Both the position numbers and the translations under genes were made by a program. The notes beneath the pieces are model-generated. The model made no database searches and was not told the DNA's origin. It saw only the letters and a list, made by a program, of their open reading frames with translations. A stretch of 63,971 bases of DNA, the filler included, from an uncultured Methanosarcinales archaeon (GTDB lineage: Archaea; Nanobdellota; Nanobdellia; Woesearchaeales; UBA12501): NCBI GenBank assembly GCA_964397315.1. It is 7 parts of 4 records of this genome, joined end to end, with 100 filler letters (N's around TTAATTAATTAA, not from the genome) between each part and the next. Parts side by side here need not be neighbours in the genome. Positions count along the whole stretch, not along the records: positions 1 to 12,366 come from CAYNHV010000001.1; positions 12,467 to 17,964 come from CAYNHV010000001.1; positions 18,065 to 27,053 come from CAYNHV010000001.1; 4 more parts are not named here. The stretch is one strand, 5' to 3'. Each line of letters begins with the position of its first letter. Within the stretch, counting starts at the first letter, position 1. This document shows positions 10,565 through 18,554 of the stretch, piece by piece.

Positions 10565-11030
10565 AGTTTATGATTATTATTCCTGATACTTCCCAGGGGA
10601 TTGATGAGCTTATAACTCCTGGTACTTCCCAGAGAGGATAATGGGTTTGCGATTATTATTCCTAGCACTTCACTCCCTTGGGAGGCTGATATTTTAGTTT
10701 TTACAGCTCCAGATTCCACCCACCCTTTCTGCAGAACCATCCCTCAGGTTTACACATTCCAAAACAGCACAATTCCCCGCTTCTCTCACCAATAAGCCCA
10801 CCCAATGATATGCTTAAAGTGCTCTGTGGAATTGGTGCGATTAGCATATTGAAGGGGGAGGAGGGATCTATCCATCTGTAACTGCGACTGGGGTGGAGGA
10901 GAACTCAGGAGAAATTCCCCTTTTTACAATGAGCAGTATCTTTAACTCATAAACAGGGCGGCGGCAAACTCTGTAGGAATAGGGATTTAATCACCTATTA
11001 GATCCTCTAAACAGGGCGCCTGCCGCCGAT
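10565..11030 (+). ncRNA. Copy 2 of dispersed structured-RNA-like element
   Basis: Core AATAAGCCCACCCAATGATATGCTTAAAGTGCTCTGTGGAATTGGTGCG from 10791; stem TATTCCTA (10657-10664)/TAGGAATA (10974-10981); boundaries approximate. Confidence 0.7.
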
Positions 11031-11050
11031 AAGCCTACCCAGCAACATGC

Positions 11051-11512
11051 TCAGGAGAGCAGGCTGACGAGCTGGGGGTCAGCCATAAAGCCCTCCTTTT
11101 TTATTTCCTCAAGCACAAAGTACTGCTCAGGAGACCTCACCTTGTACTTGTCCAGCCCCTCAACAAACTCATGAACCTCCTTGATGTTCCTGAACAATGC
11201 CTCTATCATGAAATCATAGCCGTTGTTTATCCTGTATACTGAATTGACAAGAGGCTCCTTGAGAAGGTATTCCCTGAATGCCTCCCTCTGGTCCTTTGGG
11301 ACTTTGAGCGCTATCTGCACCCTGACATCATAGCCGAGCTTTGAGAAATCCAGCAGGGCAGTGTGCTTCTGTATGAGGTCCTTCTCATACCTCTTTATCC
11401 TGTCAAATATTGTTGAGACAGGCATTCCTGTCTTTTTGCTCATGCTCGTGAGGTTCATCCTCGCGTTCTTCCTTAGGTGGGACAGTAGCACAAGTTCTTT
11501 TTTTTGTAGCAT
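11051..11512 (-). CDS. Lrp/AsnC family transcriptional regulator
   Basis: LRKNAR..LT.MSKKTG.PVSTI HTH, LDFSKLG; GGAGGTG RBS before ATG 11512. Confidence 0.92.
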   Translation of the reverse strand: MLQKKELVLLSHLRKNARMNLTSMSKKTGMPVSTIFDRIKRYEKDLIQKHTALLDFSKLGYDVRVQIALKVPKDQREAFREYLLKEPLVNSVYRINNGYDFMIEALFRNIKEVHEFVEGLDKYKVRSPEQYFVLEEIKKEGFMADPQLVSLLS

Positions 11513-11618
11513 TTGGAACACCTCCATTTTGTTCGGAATAACAACATTATAGGCAAAAGATTTATATATAACTAACCTCTATAAGTTATATAACTAATAT
11601 AACAGGTTGATATATAAG

Positions 11619-12366
11619 ATGAGAAGAAAGCTCGTGAAACAGGGCAGGAACGCCCTCACAATAACCCTCCCAGCCACCTGGACAAAGAAATTCGGCCTAA
11701 AGGCAGGGGATGAGGTTGAGATTGAGGAGGAAGGAAGGAGTGTGATAATTGGGGGGCAAGGGGAGGGCAGGCCAAGAAAAGCTTCAATAGACTCCACAAA
11801 AATAAGCGAAAGGGTTCTCAGATGGTTTCTGTCAGGCCTTCACAAAGGAGGTTGGGATGAGATAGAAATATTATTTGATAAAAAGGAGACTCTTGATGTA
11901 ATAGATGACCTGATAAAGAATCTCCTGATGGGATTCGCTGTTGTAGAGCAGACAGGCAGCAGATGCCTGCTGAAAAAGGTTTCTATGGACATGGACACAG
12001 AGTTTGACTCCATACTTAGGAGAGCCTTTCTCGTAACAATAGCTATGGGAGACAGCTGTATAAGCATGATAAGGGAAAACAAGCTGAAAGAGATGAAAGA
12101 TTTGATAAGTTTGGAAAAAACCAACAACCAGCTGACCAACTTCTGCGAGAGAATACTGAACAAGAAAGGATATAAGGACAATGACAAAACATGCTTTGTC
12201 TATGTGATAGCATGGAATCTGGAGAAAGTCTGCGATTATTACAAGTATGTATGCGAGTACCTTTCAGACAATCCTGATGCAGAAATCAAAGAGGACGTGC
12301 TTAAGATGATGGAGGAGGCAAACAACCAGATAAGAAGCTACAATTCCTTGTTTTCCAAATTCAAAG
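11619..12366 (+). CDS. phoU: AbrB-PhoU phosphate uptake regulator (3' truncated by contig end)
   Basis: RKLVKQG..ALTITLP..W...GLKAGDEV AbrB domain followed by PhoU helices (LEKVCD). Confidence 0.85.
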
Positions 12367-12466
12367 NNNNNNNNNNNNNNNNNNNNNNNNNNNNNNNNNN
12401 NNNNNNNNNNTTAATTAATTAANNNNNNNNNNNNNNNNNNNNNNNNNNNNNNNNNNNNNNNNNNNN
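12367..12466. other. Artificial contig linker
   Basis: N run, TTAATTAATTAA, N run. Confidence 0.99.
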
Positions 12467-12467
12467 T

Positions 12468-12665
12468 TTAGAGATTATATTTCAAAAAATTGGATTGAAA
12501 TTCTCAAAGGAATGGATTGGAAAAAAAGCAAGCAGCTATGAACTGCACAAGAAACCAGCCCATAAGGATTACAGGGATTATTATGACAAAACAACAAGAG
12601 AGCTTATCAGAAAAAGATACAAGGAGTATATAAGATGGTCTGGTTATAAATTCACCCGCTCCTGA
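12468..12665 (+). CDS. C-terminal fragment of sulfotransferase-family protein (5' truncated)
   Basis: Own translation ...HKDYRDYYDKTTRELIRKRYKEYIRWSGYKF resembles the Sulfotransfer_2 C-terminus. Confidence 0.65.
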   Translation, partial: LEIIFQKIGLKFSKEWIGKKASSYELHKKPAHKDYRDYYDKTTRELIRKRYKEYIRWSGYKFTRS

Positions 12666-13362
12666 CCTTCTCCTTCAGCTTCTCCACTATCAGCTCCCAG
12701 TCTGGCCTGTTGCTTGCGGGTATGTAGTGGTTTGCCGCGTCTGCTATCCGCCTTATCTCATTCCTGTCCATGTCCAGGGCATCTGCCAGCTTCTTTGGTA
12801 TTTCAGAGCTGTCATCAAGGAGGTAGTAGAGGTCATAGATGTCCTTTCCCTCCCTTCTTGTGAGGATGCAGTCTGTCTTGTGCCTTACAAACACGCTCTT
12901 CTCGTAAACTTCCAGCAGTGACGCGTCACCAGGCACGAACCCGTAGTTCACCACCTGCCTTGAGTGCTTTTCACTGATCTTTTTTGCTGTGAATTCCAGC
13001 CTTATCCTGTCCTTGTGGCCAAGGGGGTTGGTGTAGAAAAGGTCGTAGCGGATTGTTGATTTCATCAGCCTGGGCTTTCCCACTGAGTCAAAGATGTCAA
13101 TGCTCTTGACAATCCTGTCCGTGGTCTTTATCACTTCCCTCGCGCTGCCAGCAAAGTCAATGTCAAAGTCAAGGTCCTCTGAGAAGCGCATCTTTCCTGC
13201 TTTTTTGAGGTGTATCCTGTTTATTGCTGTGCCTCCCTTGAACACTATCCCTTCAGCGCCCTGCAGCGCTGCCAGTGTTTGGGTTATCATGCTGTCCTTG
13301 GCTACAAAGTTAAGCGATAGCTCATGCTTTGCAGCCTGCTGCCTCAGCTCCCTCAGGTTCAT
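12652..13362 (-). CDS. AbiEii/AbiGii nucleotidyltransferase toxin (type IV TA)
   Basis: FKGGTA, RFSEDLDF, KDIYDL; ATGA overlap with upstream antitoxin. Confidence 0.9.
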   Translation of the reverse strand: MNLRELRQQAAKHELSLNFVAKDSMITQTLAALQGAEGIVFKGGTAINRIHLKKAGKMRFSEDLDFDIDFAGSAREVIKTTDRIVKSIDIFDSVGKPRLMKSTIRYDLFYTNPLGHKDRIRLEFTAKKISEKHSRQVVNYGFVPGDASLLEVYEKSVFVRHKTDCILTRREGKDIYDLYYLLDDSSEIPKKLADALDMDRNEIRRIADAANHYIPASNRPDWELIVEKLKEKVRSG

Positions 13363-14123
13363 TGGTACCACCATGATAGTATTCTTTTCTCTCCAATGTT
13401 GTCCTGCACCTTCCACCTGCTGTCATAGGAGCTTTTCCTGCTGTTATGCTCCAGCTTTACAGGATGCTTAACATGCTGCAACAGCTCCCTGAAAACATAT
13501 GATGGTATTCTGCATCCTGTCTCTTTTTTCAGCATCTCAAGGACATAGCCTGCTTTCTGGGCTGCAGCATCAGGAGCGCCTGAAAAGGATTCCAGGAACT
13601 CCCCCCACTTAATCCTGCCTGCGTCGTGTATGGCTTTTGTAAGGATACTGTAACCCACATGCCTTATCCTGATGAAGCAGTCAAAGAAGGTCTTCTCAAG
13701 TGTTGAGACCATGATGCCATCCCTCTCCACAATACCATTATAGGGCCTTATAGGCATGTATTTCAGGGTGTAATCCCCCAGCCTGACCTTCATGTACCTG
13801 TCTCTTGTGAGTATGATTATTGTGAAATCCTCGTATTCTGTCAGCCCATGAATCTTCAGGGCTGAGTGCAGGCCTATGTAACCCTTGTGCAGCCTCAGGG
13901 CCAGCTTGTAGAAGCTGCCTGTCCTCTCAGGATTGTAGTAAACACCTTTCTTTGCCCTTTTAATGTATCCTTTACTGCAGAGGCTGTTCAGCAGCTTGAC
14001 CTTCCTGTTCTCACTTAGCTCAGGGAATACCTGGCCTGCCAGCTCTGTGCCTATTATTCCCTTGTTATTCAGGACATTCCAGAGTTTCTGCTCATCAGCT
14101 GTAAGATAGTTATTTTTACCCAT
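13359..14123 (-). CDS. AbiEi-like antitoxin / transcriptional regulator
   Basis: KGYIKRAKKGVY, YIGLHSALKIHGLT, STLEKTFFD. Confidence 0.85.
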   Translation of the reverse strand: MGKNNYLTADEQKLWNVLNNKGIIGTELAGQVFPELSENRKVKLLNSLCSKGYIKRAKKGVYYNPERTGSFYKLALRLHKGYIGLHSALKIHGLTEYEDFTIIILTRDRYMKVRLGDYTLKYMPIRPYNGIVERDGIMVSTLEKTFFDCFIRIRHVGYSILTKAIHDAGRIKWGEFLESFSGAPDAAAQKAGYVLEMLKKETGCRIPSYVFRELLQHVKHPVKLEHNSRKSSYDSRWKVQDNIGEKRILSWWYQ

Positions 14124-14236
14124 TTCCTGCAAATAGAGAGCATTTTCTATATAAATTTTTCTAAAACTTCAGGGGAAAGAGCCAAAACTCACATAACGCA
14201 CAAACCTTAAAAACCCCTTGCTCTCTCCATGGCCTC

Positions 14237-15238
14237 ATGGCCAGCTTTTTGACAATAACAAGCCTGCTGATAAGCTTTATTCTAGTCCTGATTCTTGTTC
14301 CCGGCTGGATCAGGAGCGCTGGAAAGTTCAGGCTCACAGGAAGGGATGTGCACAAGAGGGACAGAAGAAGTGTTGCAGAGGCAGGAGGTGTAATAGTCAT
14401 ATTAGGAGCTTTGGTGGGAATGTTCTATTACATCGGAATAAAGACCTTTGTCCAGCACTCAAACGGGTTCATGATCTACCTTCTCGCTGCAGTCTGCTCA
14501 ATACTCATTGCCCTTTTATTAGGCCTTGTTGATGACCTTCTGGAGTGGAGGAAAGGTCTCAGGCAGTGGCAGAAGATAGCACTCTCAATACTGATACCTA
14601 TTCCATTGATGGTTGTTAACTCAGGCCATCATGTCATGAACATACCATTCCTGGGCTCAGTTGATTTCGGAATACTCTACTCTCTTGTCATAGTTCCAAT
14701 AGGCATTGTGGGAGCATCCAATGGCTTCAATATGCTCGCAGGCCATAACGGTCTTGAGGCTGGAATGGGCGCTTTAATACTCTCAACCTTAGGCTTAATA
14801 GCATGGCTCTCAGGCAATGGCTGGGCTGCTGTAATAGCATTGTGCATTGCAGCATCTCTCATAGCTTTCCTTGTTTTCAACTTCCACCCTTCAAGCATAT
14901 TCCCTGGAGACTCAATGACATATCCTGTGGGAGCCTCAATAGCCATAGTTGCCATTCTGGCTGACATTGAGAAGTTTGCTGTAATACTCTTCATACCCTA
15001 TTTCATAGAGTTTTTACTGAAATCAAGAGGCAGGTTCGTGCATGACTGGACATTAGAGGTTCTGAAGGACAACTCCCTGAAGAACAAGTACAGGAGATGG
15101 TACTCGCTCCCTCATGCTGCAGCATACATCATAAGAAAAGCAAAGAAAAAGGCATTTGAGCATGAGATCGTGCTCTCAATATGGGCCTTTCAGGGTGTTT
15201 TTGCTGCTTTTGCAATAGCATATTACTTTATGGCATAA
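14237..15238 (+). CDS. aglH: UDP-GlcNAc:dolichyl-phosphate GlcNAc-1-phosphotransferase
   Basis: GRDVHK, AEAGG, GLVDD, FNMLAGHNGLE, IFPGD. Confidence 0.88.
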   Translation: MASFLTITSLLISFILVLILVPGWIRSAGKFRLTGRDVHKRDRRSVAEAGGVIVILGALVGMFYYIGIKTFVQHSNGFMIYLLAAVCSILIALLLGLVDDLLEWRKGLRQWQKIALSILIPIPLMVVNSGHHVMNIPFLGSVDFGILYSLVIVPIGIVGASNGFNMLAGHNGLEAGMGALILSTLGLIAWLSGNGWAAVIALCIAASLIAFLVFNFHPSSIFPGDSMTYPVGASIAIVAILADIEKFAVILFIPYFIEFLLKSRGRFVHDWTLEVLKDNSLKNKYRRWYSLPHAAAYIIRKAKKKAFEHEIVLSIWAFQGVFAAFAIAYYFMA

Positions 15239-15245
15239 GATGTTA

Positions 15246-15445
15246 TTAAAGAATAAATCTCATCAATCCCGGCTTTCTCAAAAGAACCCTTCCAATGAAC
15301 CTCTTTGGAAAGTCCATATCCCCTTTCTCTCTCAGGATATCTTTCACTTTACCATCATTTAGCTCTTTCAGCATAGACTCTTTTCTGCTGTCATTCAGGC
15401 CATCATTGCTGGCCTCACATTCTGTTACTTCTTCTGGTTTTAATG
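15246..15445 (-). pseudogene. Possible C-terminal remnant of a geranylgeranyl-reductase-like gene
   Basis: Own translation ...KDILREKGDMDFPKRFIGRVLLRKPGLMRFIL*; in-frame stop just upstream, no FAD domain. Confidence 0.35.
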
Positions 15446-15787
15446 CAAAGATTTAAACCCCTCATCCCTAAATGATGTGGTAAGAAAGAAACAGCTTCTG
15501 TGACATTCTTGTGACATATGTAACATTAATGTTTCCGGCAGATGCATACAGGGAATCGCAAAAAGTAGGCTTAACAGAGGCCGCCTGTGAATGCTTTTTT
15601 CTGGTGTTTGTGGTAGTATCCTATTTTTCCACTGGACAGGGGACCGTAATAAAATTTATAAATATCAAAATTTTATAAAAATACTCAGGAAAAAGGGGGC
15701 GATTAGCGGAAGCAGAGTAGGGGACAAGCCCTCTTTTCTGTTTCTGGCTGAATTTTTGAAAACCCTATGGGGAAGGAGAGGTAGAGA

Positions 15788-16162
15788 ATGAAAGGAGCAA
15801 CTGATGAAAGTGAGGAAGATCTGCAATCTGATGAAATAATAGCCAGATTGCAGAAACATTCAGAGGAGGACATCTATTTTGCAAAACCTGAATGGAGGGA
15901 GTGGATCAAGAAGAGGGAGTTTGACAAGTTTTTGCGTATCAAGGGAGCAAACATTCAGGAGATTTACAAGATCTTTCAGAAGGACAAGATCCTTTATGTC
16001 CGGCCTGCTAAAAAAGGCAGGCTTGCGGTCAGGGTCAAACATTCCTCAAATTATGATGTTGAGGTTTTTCTCAAGTTTGACAAGCCGGAAAAGGGCATGA
16101 TAGAAGTTTATACATATGTCAAAGAATCTAAGCAGCGCAGGAGGAAACAATTTTTCCAGTGA
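15788..16162 (+). CDS. Hypothetical protein, possible RelE/BrnT-like toxin
   Basis: Small basic beta-rich protein next to a DUF2283 gene; GAGGT RBS. Confidence 0.55.
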   Translation: MKGATDESEEDLQSDEIIARLQKHSEEDIYFAKPEWREWIKKREFDKFLRIKGANIQEIYKIFQKDKILYVRPAKKGRLAVRVKHSSNYDVEVFLKFDKPEKGMIEVYTYVKESKQRRRKQFFQ

Positions 16163-16490
16163 AATCTCTTCCTCCCAGGTCTGCAGTGACAGGCAGCTGG
16201 ATCTTTTCCTTTTCTTCCTTATAAACAAGCTGCACGAGTATAAAGATAATTTTTTCCTGGTGGTTGTATCTGAAGGTTGTGTCAACCCCCTCTAGGTTTT
16301 TGAGCACCTTTTTTGGAATGTTGAATGTGTCTGCGAAATCCAGAAATTCAAGACCGACCACCTCATTATTCTTATTAAAATCAATGATGCAGATGTCTCT
16401 ATCATTAATAGAGTGGTCTGTTCTAGCTCCTTTTTTTCTCAAAGAGAGAATGTCCACATCATCGTCATATTTGGCGCAGTGACTTCCCAT
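16128..16490 (-). CDS. DUF2283 domain protein
   Basis: YDDDVDIL...IIDFNKNNEVVGLEFLD. Confidence 0.85.
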   Translation of the reverse strand: MGSHCAKYDDDVDILSLRKKGARTDHSINDRDICIIDFNKNNEVVGLEFLDFADTFNIPKKVLKNLEGVDTTFRYNHQEKIIFILVQLVYKEEKEKIQLPVTADLGGRDFTGKIVSSCAA

Positions 16491-16663
16491 GTTCAACACC
16501 TTTTTAATGGGTTCTGCCCTCTCAAAACCCCCTGATTCCAGGTGAAGAAGGGCTGAGAGCTTTAAAAATCTTTCGTTTTGCAACGCTTTTTAGTATGTTT
16601 CTGGGGTTGTGAACCTTTTTTCAGGGAGGATAGAATCATTTTCTGCACCCTTTTTAAAGAAAT

Positions 16664-16724
16664 GGAATTATTGGCAATAAAATGCCAAAAAAGCAGGAAT
16701 TATTGGCAACAGAATACCAAAAAA
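16664..16724. promoter_or_regulatory. Tandem 32-bp-period palindromic operator-like repeat
   Basis: GGAATTATTGGCAA.A.AAT.CCAAAAAA twice, abutting the TTTATATA box of the AAA gene. Confidence 0.55.
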
Positions 16725-16754
16725 TTTATATATTCTATCATCCAAAACCATGGA

Positions 16755-17964
16755 ATGGACTACTCAAGGCTTAAGGATGCAAATCCCTGGTGGGAGGACA
16801 GGGAATTCATAGAGCAGGACATCCACCTGCTGAAGCTCAAAAAGCAGAGAGTAAGATGGAACTACAGGCTCATAGAATCCTTTGATGAGGGGATATACAG
16901 CGTTAGAGGCCCTAGGCAGGTGGGAAAGACCACCTGGATAAAACAGGCTATAAGGGATATCCTTGGATCAGACCAGCCCGGCAATGTGTTCTTCTACTCA
17001 TGCGATGACCTGCGGGACTTCAGGGAGCTCATGGAGGTCGTGGAGCTGTTTCTTGAGACATCTGATTCTGAAAGCAGGAGATATATATTCCTTGATGAGA
17101 TCCCTTATGTGGAGGAATGGCAGAGGGGCATAAAGCACCTCTGGGATTCAGGGAGATTAATGAACTGCTGCGTGGTGATTTCAGGCTCTCATTCCATTGA
17201 CATAAACAGGAGCATTGAGAGGCTTCCAGGAAGGGGTGATGAGGGCAAGAGGCATTTCGTGATGCTGCCCCTTACATTCCTTCAGTATCTCAGGGCCACA
17301 GGCAACGATCTCACATTCAAGGGAGATTTTGACAAGGATCTTGCAATGCTGAAGATTAATATGAGAACAGCCAGAAAGGCTTTCAGGGAGTACCTCATGA
17401 CAGGGGGTTTTCTCAGGAACATTAATGAGCTCCAGACCTCAGGCACCATATCCGACTCCTCATATGATGTTTACCTTAAGTGGATCATAGGAGATCTTGC
17501 AAGATGGGGGCTTAAGGAGAATTTCTCCAAACAGATGATAAGAAAAATTATAGAATCATACTCCAGTGAAATATCATGGTTCTCCCTCAGGTCAGGCACT
17601 GAAATAGAATCCCACCACACTGTGTCAAGATATGCCAATGCCCTGGAGGAGATGTTTGCTCTTGAGATTGTCTACAGGATGGACTACAACAAGAAGGTGG
17701 CTGACGCGCCAAGATCCAAGAAGATATACTTTTCAGACCCTTTCATCCTGTCAGCCTGCTACAAGTGGGCGTTTGGTTCAGAGAACCATTTCAGCGCCTA
17801 TCAGGAGTTTCTTGACTCCAGCATCCACAAGATATCAGAGGGGGTCGTGCTTAACCACCTCATAAGCATGCTGTACAGGAATACAAGCTCCAATATTTAC
17901 GACTACAAGGACATGGTATTCTACTGGACCAACAAGGCCAAGACAAAAGAGGTTGACTTTGTAT
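16755..17964 (+). CDS. AAA_14/DUF4143 ATP-binding protein (3' truncated)
   Basis: NPWW, GPRQVGKT, FLDEI, SGS, LPGR, KKIYFSD, EVDFV. Confidence 0.92.
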
Positions 17965-18064
17965 NNNNNNNNNNNNNNNNNNNNNNNNNNNNNNNNNNNN
18001 NNNNNNNNTTAATTAATTAANNNNNNNNNNNNNNNNNNNNNNNNNNNNNNNNNNNNNNNNNNNN
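17965..18064. other. Artificial contig linker
   Basis: N run, TTAATTAATTAA, N run. Confidence 0.99.
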
Positions 18065-18545
18065 AGGTATAACAAGGTCATGATCATTATTCCAGGTGAT
18101 TTCTGTAAGAGGGTATGCTTATTATTCCTGCTACTTCCCGCTAATCTGGTGAGATCATATCTAAGTTGGTAAATCCTGGTTACTCCCACCCTTAATACAC
18201 AACCGTCCGGCAAGTTAGTCTCTTCTGCAACAGTACAACTTTCCACTCCTGTCTCCAATAAGCCCTCCCAATCATATGCTTAAAGCGCTCTCTGTGGCTT
18301 GGTGCGCTAAGCATAATAAAGGGGTCTAATAATCCCAGACGAGCTTGCGAGTCGGGATTATTTTTAGGCGGGCAAAGCGATTGTAACTCTAAACAGGGTG
18401 GTGGTAACACCAGGAAGATTCATTATCTTTATACAACAACCGGGAGGAGTTAATAATATTAGATTGGAATGCTCTGTGTGCTGGGAACATCTGGAGGAAC
18501 TCCCATTTGTACAATGAATAACAGCATAATGAGTGTGCCATGTCT
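18065..18545 (+). ncRNA. Copy 3 of dispersed structured-RNA-like element
   Basis: Core AATAAGCCC at 18257; hairpin ATGCTT-AA-AGCGC...GCGCT-AAGCAT; stem 18174-18192 with 18395-18415; 5' end may be cut by contig edge. Confidence 0.7.
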
Positions 18546-18554
18546 TAGAATCCT

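Noticed and set aside
10570..10730. CRISPR array
   Set aside because: Repeats are too degenerate, spacing is irregular, intervening segments are homologous between copies 3 and 4, and there is no cas operon
10516..10740. Short ORFs over the dispersed element (80-262, 10516-10740, 18013-18410, 42434-42721, 42756-42989)
   Set aside because: Frame and strand differ between copies, with stops and frameshifts; peptide similarity is a by-product of nucleotide repeats
12367..12466. Repeated TTAATTAATTAA within N runs (six places)
   Set aside because: Artificial all-frame-stop linkers; adjacency across them is meaningless and ORFs ending in ...LIN are artefacts
15499..15526. TGTGACAT twice plus TGTAACAT
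   Set aside because: Short, irregularly spaced and not tied to a clear promoter
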